From Coprothermobacterota bacterium (GTDB taxonomy: Bacteria; Coprothermobacterota; Coprothermobacteria; Coprothermobacterales; Coprothermobacteraceae), in contig JAZIGN010000004.1 of NCBI GenBank assembly GCA_036679065.1, positions 64,001-128,000 of the forward strand: 64,000 nt of DNA. Direction: 5' to 3'. A program made the position numbers and the translations under genes. Positions 29,626-39,321 of this stretch are shown one piece after another. How positions within the stretch are numbered: position 1 is the first letter of the stretch; every line of letters begins with the position of its first letter. The notes beneath the pieces were generated by a model that did not search any database, was not told the DNA's origin, and was given only the letters and a program-made list of their open reading frames with translations.

Positions 29626-30613
29626 ATATATTCGACAAATAGCCAGCGATTTGGATCTTACACCTCAGGAAATCATGGAAGCGTTAAAAGACGCTTTAAT
29701 TTCAGCTATAAGGAAAGAACTGGATATTCCTAAGGAGGCTGTGGCATCCGCAGTAAAAGTTGAAGAAAATGGGAGTAGTCTGAAGTTCCTGGTTAACAGA
29801 GATTACTTGAAGGCAGTACCAGATGAGGAGTCGGGTTCTGAATGGGTGGAGTTTCCTCTTTTCAATTTGAGCCGCGTGTCCATACAAACTGCTGAGAACA
29901 CATTAAAGAATAGAATGAACGAAAAGAGTAAGGAGAAAGCTATCAAGCGAATAGCACAGTTCTCTGGAGAAGTTGTTACTGCAAGAGTCATAAGAAAGGA
30001 TCCTAAGACAAGACTCGTTTACCTGGACGTAGACGGCGTTGAGTGTGTACTGGAGCCCAGTGAGCAGCTTCCTACTGATAGGTATGCTCCAGGTCATTCA
30101 CTTAGGTGTTTAGTCCTGGGTGCCAAGAACATACCTATGTACGGTCAAGGAGTAGCTTTGTCTCGTTCTTCTCCGGACTTGTTAAAGCTCTTGTTCACTT
30201 TGGAAGTGCCAGAAGTGGCTGATGGAGTGGTAAGAATAATGGGCATCGCCAGAAAACCTGGTCGAAGGTCCAAAGTGGCGGTAATGAGCATTGATCCAAG
30301 ACTGGACCCGCAAGGAGCGTGCATTGGGTACAAAGGACAACGTATTCAAGCTATTTCAAAAAGTCTGGCCAATGAGAAAATTGACGTGGTAAGGTGGGAC
30401 AGTGATCCTGCAAAGTTAATTGCAAGTATTCTTTCGCCAGGGAAAGTGGATAAAGTAGAGATTCTGGATACAAAGAACAAAAGAGCACTGGTTTACACCA
30501 CTCCCGATAACATAAAAGTAGTGGTGGGAGAAGACGGCGAGAATGTGGAATTGGCTGAACAACTAACTGGATGGACAATAGATGTAAGGGAGGGTGGTCC
30601 TGATGAAGATTAG
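29582..30613 (+). CDS. nusA: Transcription factor NusA
   Basis: LSRS, EVPE..DG, ARKPG.RSK, GACIG, EKID, LTGWTID. Confidence 0.95.
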   Translation: MEKNKSEAIEKALNEYIRQIASDLDLTPQEIMEALKDALISAIRKELDIPKEAVASAVKVEENGSSLKFLVNRDYLKAVPDEESGSEWVEFPLFNLSRVSIQTAENTLKNRMNEKSKEKAIKRIAQFSGEVVTARVIRKDPKTRLVYLDVDGVECVLEPSEQLPTDRYAPGHSLRCLVLGAKNIPMYGQGVALSRSSPDLLKLLFTLEVPEVADGVVRIMGIARKPGRRSKVAVMSIDPRLDPQGACIGYKGQRIQAISKSLANEKIDVVRWDSDPAKLIASILSPGKVDKVEILDTKNKRALVYTTPDNIKVVVGEDGENVELAEQLTGWTIDVREGGPDED

Positions 30614-32357
30614 AGTTTACCAGCTGGCGAAAGAACTGGGTGTCCCTTCAAAACAGCTAGTTGAGGAACTTAAAAAACTTGGAGTTGATATTGTTTCATA
30701 TCAGTCAACTGTGGACGAGGAAACAGCAGATTTACTTAGGGAATTGCTCAAGTCTGAAACAGCTGAGGCAGCGGCTGGTGATGGAAAGATGGAGGTAGAA
30801 TCTGCTGGTGAAGAGGCGACTGTTGAGCAGGTTAGTAAGAGTGAGAAAAACCTTGCACCAAAGAGGCCTCCCGTAGTTACCGTGATGGGGCACGTGGACC
30901 ATGGCAAGACAACTTTGCTCGATGCGATCCGTCGTACCCGTGTAGCTGAAAGAGAAGTGGGTGGGATCACACAATCCATAGGTGCTTCAGTTGTCAAGTA
31001 CAAGGGACAGAAGATTGTCTTCGTAGATACTCCGGGCCACGAGGCTTTCACCGAGATGCGTGCTCGGGGAGCCATGGTAACGGACATAGTGGTTCTCGTG
31101 GTAGCAGCTGATGAAGGCGTAATGCCTCAAACCATAGAGGCTTTAAACCACGCGAAGGCTGCAGGAGTAGCAATTATTGTTGCTTTGAACAAAATGGATC
31201 GTCCCGGTGCTAATCCGGACAGGGTCATGAACCAATTAGCAGCCATGGGTCTAATACCTGAGAGCTGGGGCGGGGACACGATCTACGTACCCGTTTCAGC
31301 CATAAAGGGCGAAGGAATTGAAGAGCTTCTTGAAGCGATAATTCTCATTGCAGATTTGTTGGATCTCAGAGGAGACCCTGATGCTCCTTTGAAAGCATAC
31401 GTTATAGAATCACGTCTGGACAAGGGTAAAGGCCCTCTGGCAACGGTGGTTGTGAGAGAGGGGACGCTCAGGGTTGGCGATTTTGTTGTTGTTGGCAACA
31501 CTTATGGAAAAATCAGAGCCATGTTTGACGATAAGGGGGAGCCAATCTCTTCTGCAGGACCTTCCATGCCTGCGGAAATAATGGGACTACAGGACATCCC
31601 CGAGGCAGGTACGTTGGTACAAAGGGTGGGCTCCTTGGAGGAAGCCGAAAAAATTGCAAAAGCAAACTTGGATTTGCAACGTGAGAAACAGCAGAAAACC
31701 AGAAGGGAGTTTTCCTTAGAGGAGATCCTAAGTTCCAACGAGGAGGAAAGGCCTGTCTTGAACCTGATATTAAAAGCTGATACGGCAGGTTCCTTGGAAG
31801 CTGTGCAGAACGCCTTGCTGAAATTGGAAAAAGGCGAAGTTGATATGAACATCATACATGCTGGAGTTGGCGCCATTTCTGACGGTGACGTGCTCTTAGC
31901 TGAAGCTTCAAAAGCTCTCATTGTTGGGTTCAACGTGCGTCCTGTAGGGAAAACGAACAAACTCATTGAAGAAAAAGGTGTGAAGGTGTTAACCTATCGG
32001 ATCATTTATGATCTCGTTGATGACATGGCTAACCTGCTAAAGGGACTCGTAAAACCCAAAGAGGTAGAAGTGGTTCTGGGACACGCAGAAGTACGTCGGA
32101 CGTTTAGAGTGCCTCGAGTAGGAACAGTTGCAGGTTGTTACGTTACCGATGGGAAGATAGTGAGAAATGGCCGAGTTAGGGTTCTGAGAAATGGTGTCAT
32201 CATTGCTGAAACCTCCATTGGTAGCTTGAAGCGGTTCAAAGACGATGTACGTGAAGTGGTTCAGGGATTCGAGTGCGGTGTCGGTTTGGAAAACTTTCAT
32301 GATATTAAAGAAGGGGACATTCTGGAGGTTTATACCATTCAGGAGGAAGTGGCGTAG
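30603..32357 (+). CDS. infB: Translation initiation factor IF-2 (short form)
   Basis: [29 protein letters not shown]. Confidence 0.98.
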   Translation: MKIRVYQLAKELGVPSKQLVEELKKLGVDIVSYQSTVDEETADLLRELLKSETAEAAAGDGKMEVESAGEEATVEQVSKSEKNLAPKRPPVVTVMGHVDHGKTTLLDAIRRTRVAEREVGGITQSIGASVVKYKGQKIVFVDTPGHEAFTEMRARGAMVTDIVVLVVAADEGVMPQTIEALNHAKAAGVAIIVALNKMDRPGANPDRVMNQLAAMGLIPESWGGDTIYVPVSAIKGEGIEELLEAIILIADLLDLRGDPDAPLKAYVIESRLDKGKGPLATVVVREGTLRVGDFVVVGNTYGKIRAMFDDKGEPISSAGPSMPAEIMGLQDIPEAGTLVQRVGSLEEAEKIAKANLDLQREKQQKTRREFSLEEILSSNEEERPVLNLILKADTAGSLEAVQNALLKLEKGEVDMNIIHAGVGAISDGDVLLAEASKALIVGFNVRPVGKTNKLIEEKGVKVLTYRIIYDLVDDMANLLKGLVKPKEVEVVLGHAEVRRTFRVPRVGTVAGCYVTDGKIVRNGRVRVLRNGVIIAETSIGSLKRFKDDVREVVQGFECGVGLENFHDIKEGDILEVYTIQEEVA

Positions 32358-32359
32358 TT

Positions 32360-32641
32360 GTGTTTGTGGGCAGTTTAAGGGTAACGCTGCTTATAAATGG
32401 TTCTCGAACGTTAAAGGATAAAAGACAAGTTGTGAGGTCCATTCTTGACACGGTTAGGTCTCGTAGAAATGTGGCCGCTGCTGAGGTGGGAAGTTTGAAT
32501 AACACCTCCGTGGCAGAACTTGGTTTTGCTACCGTTAACGGCCAAATGCAAAAAGTCAGAGAATCAATGGACTGGATTGTAAATTTCATCCAGGATAATT
32601 ACGACTTAGACATAATAGAGCAAGAAATTACCGTTTATTAA
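32360..32641 (+). CDS. DUF503 (YlxP) family protein
   Basis: LKDKR, NVAAAEV; between infB and rbfA. Confidence 0.85.
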   Translation: MFVGSLRVTLLINGSRTLKDKRQVVRSILDTVRSRRNVAAAEVGSLNNTSVAELGFATVNGQMQKVRESMDWIVNFIQDNYDLDIIEQEITVY

Positions 32642-32662
32642 CGGCTTCAAGGGGTGATTAGA

Positions 32663-33085
32663 ATGAAACCTCTCAGAAAAGAGCGGCTCCAGCAGGCAAT
32701 AAAGCAGGAATTGTCCAAGATTCTGCTGGAGGACATGAATGATGAACGTCTCAAGTTTGTGACCGTTACTGATGTGGAATTGTCTGACGATCAGAAGTAT
32801 TTGAAGGTTTACTTCTCCACAATACCAGGAAAAGATCCAGAACAAATTTTGCAGTCCTTAGGAAGAATAAAGGGCTATATTAGTGGCGAGGTTGCACGGA
32901 CGCTGAGATTGAGATTTGCGCCTGAAATAAAGTTCGAACTGGACGACTCCATTGAAAGAGGAGTTCGGATGGTAAGGCTGCTGGAAGATTTAGAAAAGAA
33001 GGATAAACCGGGCCAAGATGAAATTGATGAAGATGGACTCGAAGAAAATACTGAAGGAAATAACGAAGAGTCGCAAGGGAATTAA
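32663..33085 (+). CDS. rbfA: Ribosome-binding factor A
   Basis: DERL..VTVT.V, LRFAPEIKF..D.S. Confidence 0.95.
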   Translation: MKPLRKERLQQAIKQELSKILLEDMNDERLKFVTVTDVELSDDQKYLKVYFSTIPGKDPEQILQSLGRIKGYISGEVARTLRLRFAPEIKFELDDSIERGVRMVRLLEDLEKKDKPGQDEIDEDGLEENTEGNNEESQGN

Positions 33086-34253
33086 AATCGTCACTCACGA
33101 AAGGCCAGATGTGGATGCACTGGGTTCTGTGGCCGGCATGGGATGGATACTTCATTCCATGCCGATGCCATTTTTTACCTGTGTGGAGACTTGGCTGTCT
33201 TTCCACCCTGATCTCCGTCCACCGTCTTCAGCGTCAGCCTCTGACATGCAGTTGGTTCTGGATGTTTCCGATCCCAATAGGACGTACGGATTTGACATTG
33301 GTCTACACACGGTGGTCATTGACCACCACCCAGTAGAGGAAATGCGATTTCTCAGCGTTGTCGACCCCGATTGCTGTGCCACATCAGCTCTACTATCCGA
33401 GCTGTTTTTCGACTATTTAGATGAGAGGTCCTCAACGTGTTTACTAGCAGGGGTGTTGGCTGATACAGGTGTACTCTCTTACAGCAATGTGGATGAGCGG
33501 GCTTTAAGAGATGCACTAAGGCTTATACAGCGCGGCGCTAAATGGGAAATTGCCTACGGTGAAGCCACAAAAATCTGCGGCATGGAACAGGCGAAACACA
33601 TTGCGCAGCTCCTTAGAAAAGTGTATGAATACAAGCCTGGGGTTTTTGTTTTGACTGTACCAAAGGAAGATAGGATAAAGTACGGTTTTACCGACGCTGA
33701 TTGCAGCAGTGTTTTGTCCATTATGCAGTGGATAGGTAAAGGCTGCTTATTTATCTCAGCTCGGGAAAACAATAACCAAGCTCAAATTACTAATATCTCC
33801 TTTCGTTCAAGATATCCGTTTGAGGCCATCAAGTACGCAAAAGCTCTTGGTGGTGGCGGACATAGAATGGCTGCAGCTGCTAAGGTTTCTATGGGGTTAG
33901 GCGAGGTCATGGAAGAGGTGTTAGCTTTGGTGGATACTGATGTGGCTGCATTCACTCAAGAATGCAATGAGCCACCGCAGCTGAGTGAACTGGACTTGCA
34001 GCTTTCACAAGCCTATGCTGAATCAGAACTCTTGAGTGTTAACGTGACTGAGGGCCTGCTAGAAGCCATGACTCAGCTAATCTCCAAAGGTGGCAACGCT
34101 GAGAGGGCGGCTATGAAGGTACGTGAGAACATCACTTTGGAAAGCTTACATGAGTTGGCTGAATGGATCAATAGTAGTGAGGATGTTAGCAATCCCACAA
34201 CACTTGTTCAACGCATTTTTGCCAGACAGGTGGATCTTTCATGCCAGAGTTAA
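33018..34253 (+). CDS. DHH/DHHA1 phosphoesterase (NrnA-like) with C-terminal extension
   Basis: H..PDVDALGS, IDHH, DTG, GGGH..AA. Confidence 0.88.
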   Translation: MKLMKMDSKKILKEITKSRKGIKIVTHERPDVDALGSVAGMGWILHSMPMPFFTCVETWLSFHPDLRPPSSASASDMQLVLDVSDPNRTYGFDIGLHTVVIDHHPVEEMRFLSVVDPDCCATSALLSELFFDYLDERSSTCLLAGVLADTGVLSYSNVDERALRDALRLIQRGAKWEIAYGEATKICGMEQAKHIAQLLRKVYEYKPGVFVLTVPKEDRIKYGFTDADCSSVLSIMQWIGKGCLFISARENNNQAQITNISFRSRYPFEAIKYAKALGGGGHRMAAAAKVSMGLGEVMEEVLALVDTDVAAFTQECNEPPQLSELDLQLSQAYAESELLSVNVTEGLLEAMTQLISKGGNAERAAMKVRENITLESLHELAEWINSSEDVSNPTTLVQRIFARQVDLSCQS

Positions 34254-35113
34254 ATGGTTTTTTGTGGACAATTAAACCCAAAGGCTTGAAACCCATGGCA
34301 TTCTTGTCCAAAGTGAAGTCTGCACTTGGTGTAAAGAAAGCTGGTTACGTGGGAGCGTTAGATCCTTTTGCCTGGGGCCTCATGCCGGTTTGCATAGGAC
34401 GAGCCTGTCGTTTTTCTGATTATTTCCTTTCACTACCCAAGACTTATGTGTGCGCACTTCAGTTTGGCTTAGAGACAGATACATGGGACATAACGGGAAA
34501 CACTACTGGTGTTTCCGAGCGCAGACCAAGTATGTCAGAACTGGTAAGCTGCTTAAACAAGCTCAAGGGCGACATTGAGTATCCCATACCACCTCTTTCC
34601 TCGAAAAAGGTGAACGGCAAAAGGCTTTATCATCTCTTTTACGAGGGCAAACCCATTACAGACCTTGAAGGGGTTGCTCATGTGAGCACAAGCCTGCTAC
34701 TGGAGGTGCAAGAATCGTCACAGCGGGGAGTTGAAAAAGCTATAGTCCTGTTTGAGGTCAGCAAAGGGACATACATAAGGGGACTTGCAATGAAAATCGG
34801 TGAAATAGTAGCTTCTCCGTGCGTAGTTTCAGATCTGGCGCGCGTCAGAATTGGACACATCAGCATTGATTCTGGAATACCATTAGAAGAGTTGAACGCA
34901 GGGAAAGTGGTCTGCATTGAAGAAGCGCTATCTTTCTTGCCCGACATCAAAGTTGAAGGCGATGAGGAAAAATGCTTGAGACAATCAGGCAAAGCTGACT
35001 ATTTTTCAGATACTGATGGTGATTCTTCATACTACAGAATATGGGGAACACAGGGTTTCATGGGTGTGGGTAAGATTAGCCAAGGAGAGTTGGTGATGGA
35101 ACGTTGGTGGTAA
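34241..35113 (+). CDS. truB: tRNA pseudouridine(55) synthase
   Basis: G.LDP.A.G, K.Y, TDT.D.TG, SKGTYIR. Confidence 0.9.
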   Translation: MPELNGFLWTIKPKGLKPMAFLSKVKSALGVKKAGYVGALDPFAWGLMPVCIGRACRFSDYFLSLPKTYVCALQFGLETDTWDITGNTTGVSERRPSMSELVSCLNKLKGDIEYPIPPLSSKKVNGKRLYHLFYEGKPITDLEGVAHVSTSLLLEVQESSQRGVEKAIVLFEVSKGTYIRGLAMKIGEIVASPCVVSDLARVRIGHISIDSGIPLEELNAGKVVCIEEALSFLPDIKVEGDEEKCLRQSGKADYFSDTDGDSSYYRIWGTQGFMGVGKISQGELVMERWW

Positions 35114-36054
35114 ACGTTGTAGAAGATAAGATAGAAAAGGTCGTAATCATCGTATTTGGTGGATTTGAGTCCATACATTTAGGACATCGCAGATTGCTTG
35201 CTCATATCAGCGGAATGGATCGCTCAGCTGTATTGACTTTTGAACCATTGCCGAAGGAAGCCATGGGTTACAGTCAAAGTAGGATTCTTACTGATGATGA
35301 AAGGCTGTGCGCTTTTGAAAGCATGGGCGTAGGCCAGGTAATAAAGCTTCCTTTTGAAAGAATAAAGGACTTGGAACCCGAGGAGTTTCTTTCAAAATAC
35401 TTGATGGGTGTTCAAACCATAGTAGTTGGTGAAAACTTCCGTTTTGGACGTAACGCTTTAGGGGATGTTGGGTTGCTCAAAAAGTGGTGTCAGCTCAACG
35501 GAAAGAACTTAATAGTGGAGCCTCTGGTGTCAGTGGATGGCGAAACAGTTAGTACTAAGGCAATAAAGAGCTATATCCACGAGGGCAACATGGAAAGGGC
35601 ATTTAGACTGTTGGGTTATCCCTATTTCATAAGAGGACCTAGGGTCCATGGAAACAAGATTGGCAGTAAGATAGGAGTTCCCACCATAAACCTGCACTGG
35701 AGTAAACAAAAGACGCGGCCGCCCTACGGAGTTTATGACGGATTTTTACTAAGCAATCAGTGGTCGGGCCCTGCTCTGGCTTCTTTTGGAAAGGCGCCGA
35801 CCTTTGACCGAAAAGATGTGCTTTTAGAGATATATGTTCCTGGTATTGATGTAGACATTGCTGCAGGCGAAATCGTGCTTTATGGCTTCCACAGGTTCAT
35901 CAGAGAAGAAAAGAAGTTCCCAGACACTACCTCGTTGGTACAACAAATTAGAGAAGACGAGAATGTTTTGGAAATGGACACCGATTTAATCAACAGCGAA
36001 ATGGATCAGCTGCTTAAACTGTTTAACAGAGCTTGTCTCTTACCTTCTAGATAG
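35104..36054 (+). CDS. ribF: Bifunctional FAD synthetase/riboflavin kinase
   Basis: HLGH, VGENFRFG, PT.N, REEKKF. Confidence 0.9.
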   Translation: MVVNVVEDKIEKVVIIVFGGFESIHLGHRRLLAHISGMDRSAVLTFEPLPKEAMGYSQSRILTDDERLCAFESMGVGQVIKLPFERIKDLEPEEFLSKYLMGVQTIVVGENFRFGRNALGDVGLLKKWCQLNGKNLIVEPLVSVDGETVSTKAIKSYIHEGNMERAFRLLGYPYFIRGPRVHGNKIGSKIGVPTINLHWSKQKTRPPYGVYDGFLLSNQWSGPALASFGKAPTFDRKDVLLEIYVPGIDVDIAAGEIVLYGFHRFIREEKKFPDTTSLVQQIREDENVLEMDTDLINSEMDQLLKLFNRACLLPSR

Positions 36055-36728
36055 GTCACAATTGGACTGACGCTGTCTTCATCCTTTGCTGAAAAAGTGA
36101 GTATTTGAACGTGAGGATTAATTTGGCGCACACTTTGTTTGAACTTTTCAATGTCAAGCTCCATGACAGGTGCCAAATCGACTTTGGTTAAGACTACTGT
36201 GGTGGCTTTAGTGAACATGGGAGGATACTTTATGGGTTTGTCGAACCCTTCGGGAATGGAGTAAACTACTAGTCTCTCGTGTTCACCCAAGTTGAAATCA
36301 GAAGGGCAAACCAAGTTACCTACGTTTTCAATGAAGACAAATTCAGGTTTATATTCAACTAATAATCGAAGTTTGTCTGCTACCCAGGGAGCCTCCAAGT
36401 GGCATGCCGAGCCATAAACGTCCGTGTTGACCTGCACCACGGGTACGCCCATCTTTGCAAACTCGATGGAATCTACCGAAGACGCTATATCGCCTTCCAA
36501 TACTGCAATCTTCAGATGCTTAGCCAAGGCCTTAATGAGTGTAGTCTTTCCACTGCCTGGAGATCCCATTACGTTAGTAAGAAATACTCCTCTACCGGTG
36601 TAAAGATGATATATCTCATGAGCTACTTCATCGTTCGCTTGAAGGATGTTTTTCCCAAGGTTGATACGTGTAACGTCTTCAGATGGACCGTGTCCCTCTA
36701 AGTGTTCAAAAAAAAGCATTCTTTTCAT
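36006..36728 (-). CDS. hypB: Hydrogenase nickel-insertion GTPase HypB
   Basis: GSPGSGKT, CHL, ENVGNLVCP, DKPIKYP. Confidence 0.96.
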   Translation of the reverse strand: MKRMLFFEHLEGHGPSEDVTRINLGKNILQANDEVAHEIYHLYTGRGVFLTNVMGSPGSGKTTLIKALAKHLKIAVLEGDIASSVDSIEFAKMGVPVVQVNTDVYGSACHLEAPWVADKLRLLVEYKPEFVFIENVGNLVCPSDFNLGEHERLVVYSIPEGFDKPIKYPPMFTKATTVVLTKVDLAPVMELDIEKFKQSVRQINPHVQILTFSAKDEDSVSPIVTYLEGKRQALLNSLSS

Positions 36729-36736
36729 GTTCTTCT

Positions 36737-37105
36737 TTATACCTCCTTATTATTGTTAGTAGTGTTTTCTACGTCGATGTACTGTATCTCCAATTCATTT
36801 CCGCTTATGAAGGTAACATTACTACTCTTACACTTTGGGCACCAGAAGAGTTCTCGCGAAGGTTCGAAAACGTTCTTGCAGTCGTTGCACTGGAAGAGAA
36901 CTGGTGCCAGAACGATATCAAAGGTGGCATTATTTAACCCCTCCTCTGGTGCTATGAGGTTCAGATACATGTTTAACGCATCCGGTATGATGCCTGACAT
37001 TTTTCCAATTTTGAGACCAACCCTCTTTACCAAGGTTGGATCAATCTCACCCAGTTCTTTCTTTATCTGGTAAATCGTGTGCTTCGCCACATAATACTCA
37101 TGCAT
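36737..37105 (-). CDS. hypA: Hydrogenase nickel metallochaperone HypA
   Basis: MHE N-terminus, two CxxC, G.EL. Confidence 0.95.
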   Translation of the reverse strand: MHEYYVAKHTIYQIKKELGEIDPTLVKRVGLKIGKMSGIIPDALNMYLNLIAPEEGLNNATFDIVLAPVLFQCNDCKNVFEPSRELFWCPKCKSSNVTFISGNELEIQYIDVENTTNNNKEV

Positions 37106-37117
37106 GGCCGGCTCCGG

Positions 37118-38077
37118 TCAGCATATTCTTGGCAGTATTTCGCCCGTTAATGGCGGAACATAGGTCTCATAACCATCAACGACTTTGGTTAGTGTTTTAT
37201 GATCATTGACCACTTCTCCAATTATGGACGAGTTAGGTGCAAAAGGCTTCAAAAGCTCTAAAAGCTCATGAGCTTTGTGTGGACTAATCACGATTACCAT
37301 CCTTCCTTCCGAAGCAAGATGAAGAGGCTCGATACCGAGAAGCTCGCATACGCCAGTCACCTCGGGGATAATGGGCACTTGTTCTTGAAAGAGCCTCACA
37401 CCCAGAGAAAACTCTCTGCAGAACTCTTGGAGGATGGTGCCCACACCACCACGAGTAGGATCCCTCATCCACCTCAAGTGGCCTTGGAAAGGTTGTAGAA
37501 CATCAGGTAACCAGTAGAGCGGTTCACAGTCACTTGTTAGCTGAGCCTCGAGGTCAAACTTCTTCGATGCAAGAAGCATGGCTGCGCCATGTCTGGCAAT
37601 GTCGCCCGTCACGATAACTGCGTCTCCTGGCAGCGGTGCTGAAAATTCCAGCACTTTCTCGCCGATCCCCGATGTGGTAATAAAGATTTTATCAGCGGCT
37701 CCCCTTTGGACTACTTTCGTGTCCCCGGTAACGACTTTCACTCGAGCCAGCTTAGATGTCATACGAACATCTTCCAAGACTCTACGCACTACGTCGGTGT
37801 CCAACCCTTCCTCCAGAATAAGGCTTAACGCTAATGCTGAAGGTCTGGCCCCTGCAGCTACCAAATCGTTGACTGTGCCACTCACAGCCAATGTTCCAAT
37901 GGAACCACCTGGAAAGAAAGGCGGATCAGCTACGAAGCTATCTATGGTAAAAGCAGTTCTACCCACAATAGCAGCGTCACCAGAAATGCTCTGTTCCAAT
38001 ACTGGAAAAACAGTTTCTTCCAAGAAATGGGTCATCTCTTCTCCACCCGTGCCAATGCTGAGTGTGATTTTATCCAT
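37118..38077 (-). CDS. hypE: Carbamoyl dehydratase HypE
   Basis: GTVND, GDTKVV, DPTRGG, C-terminal LPRIC. Confidence 0.96.
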   Translation of the reverse strand: MDKITLSIGTGGEEMTHFLEETVFPVLEQSISGDAAIVGRTAFTIDSFVADPPFFPGGSIGTLAVSGTVNDLVAAGARPSALALSLILEEGLDTDVVRRVLEDVRMTSKLARVKVVTGDTKVVQRGAADKIFITTSGIGEKVLEFSAPLPGDAVIVTGDIARHGAAMLLASKKFDLEAQLTSDCEPLYWLPDVLQPFQGHLRWMRDPTRGGVGTILQEFCREFSLGVRLFQEQVPIIPEVTGVCELLGIEPLHLASEGRMVIVISPHKAHELLELLKPFAPNSSIIGEVVNDHKTLTKVVDGYETYVPPLTGEILPRIC

Positions 38078-39116
38078 GTAGGTTTGCACCTCCATATCTA
38101 AACCAAGCAGCGCAAGCACCTTCTGAAGAAACCATACAAGGGCCCACTGGGTTTCGTGGGGTGCATGCCGAAGCAAATAAAGGGCAGCTGGGTGGATCTA
38201 CGGCGCCCAAAACTACTTCTGCGCACCTACATCCTGGTGGGGGACTAACTTGGGGATCCTCAACGGGAAACTGTATCTGAGCGTCCAAATGTGAGAACTC
38301 CTTTTTGAGCACCATGGCACTGCTTGGAATGAAACCTAGGCCCCTCCAAAATCCGCTTCCCACTTCAAAATAACTGCTTATGAGTAACTGAGCTTTCTCA
38401 TTCCCGTCTTCACGGACTACCTCAGGGTATGCATTTATGACACCGAACTCGCCATTTACAATAAGCTTAAGTAGAATCTTTATTCCCCTGAGCATTTGAT
38501 CTTTACTAAAGCCAGTTACTACACCGGGGATGCCTGAAGAACTCAATATGGGTTTGTAAGCACTTGCCCCTATGATGGCGGAGACATGTCCAGGTAGCAG
38601 AAGGCCATCTATGTTTACGCGTCCCGATTCAAACAGGACTTGCAGAGCTGGAACAAGTCGTTTGTGATTCACCATGAAGAACAGGTTCTTAGCGTTTAGA
38701 GTCTCGCGGTCCTGGATAGCGGCAGCTACTGCTGGCATAGTGGTTTCAAATCCTACGGCAAAAAAGACGCAAGTTTCGTCCTCATGTTCTACAGCATACT
38801 TTACTGCATCTACCGGTGAATACACGACTTGAACCTTCTTACCTTCACTTCGCAGCGTAGCTAAGGAACCAAGAGGAGTAGGGACCTTGATCATGTCACC
38901 AAAAGTGATAAGCGTGAGGTCGTATTTCTTTGCCATTAGTATTACTCTGGCTAAGTCCCTGTCATCAGTTACGCAAACGGGACACCCTGGTCCACTTACA
39001 AGCTTTACCCAATCGGGAAGCGAGAAGCGTACACCAGTTCTGAAGAGCTCATGGGTATGAGTACCGCATACCTCCATAATGGTAGCGGGGCTAGTTGAGG
39101 AAAACGTCCTCATCAC
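38070..39116 (-). CDS. hypD: Hydrogenase formation protein HypD
   Basis: MEVCGTHT, GPGCPVC, GFETT, PGHVS, CMVSSEGAC. Confidence 0.97.
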   Translation of the reverse strand: MMRTFSSTSPATIMEVCGTHTHELFRTGVRFSLPDWVKLVSGPGCPVCVTDDRDLARVILMAKKYDLTLITFGDMIKVPTPLGSLATLRSEGKKVQVVYSPVDAVKYAVEHEDETCVFFAVGFETTMPAVAAAIQDRETLNAKNLFFMVNHKRLVPALQVLFESGRVNIDGLLLPGHVSAIIGASAYKPILSSSGIPGVVTGFSKDQMLRGIKILLKLIVNGEFGVINAYPEVVREDGNEKAQLLISSYFEVGSGFWRGLGFIPSSAMVLKKEFSHLDAQIQFPVEDPQVSPPPGCRCAEVVLGAVDPPSCPLFASACTPRNPVGPCMVSSEGACAAWFRYGGANLHG

Positions 39117-39321
39117 TTAGTTCCTTCCACATTTCCAGTGTTTCTTGTGCCTCTTGTTGGTTCATTATTTCAATAGCCATTCCAGCATGTACCATGACAT
39201 AGTCGCCTGGTTTTACATCTGGCACCACGTCTATTCTAATTTCTCTGCGGACGTTCATGAAGGATGCTAACGCTTTGTTCCCTTGTATCTCCTCCACTAA
39301 CATGGGTATTCCCAAACACAT
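39091..39321 (-). CDS. hypC: Hydrogenase chaperone HypC
   Basis: MCLGIP, GDYVMVHAG. Confidence 0.97.
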   Translation of the reverse strand: MCLGIPMLVEEIQGNKALASFMNVRREIRIDVVPDVKPGDYVMVHAGMAIEIMNQQEAQETLEMWKELSDEDVFLN

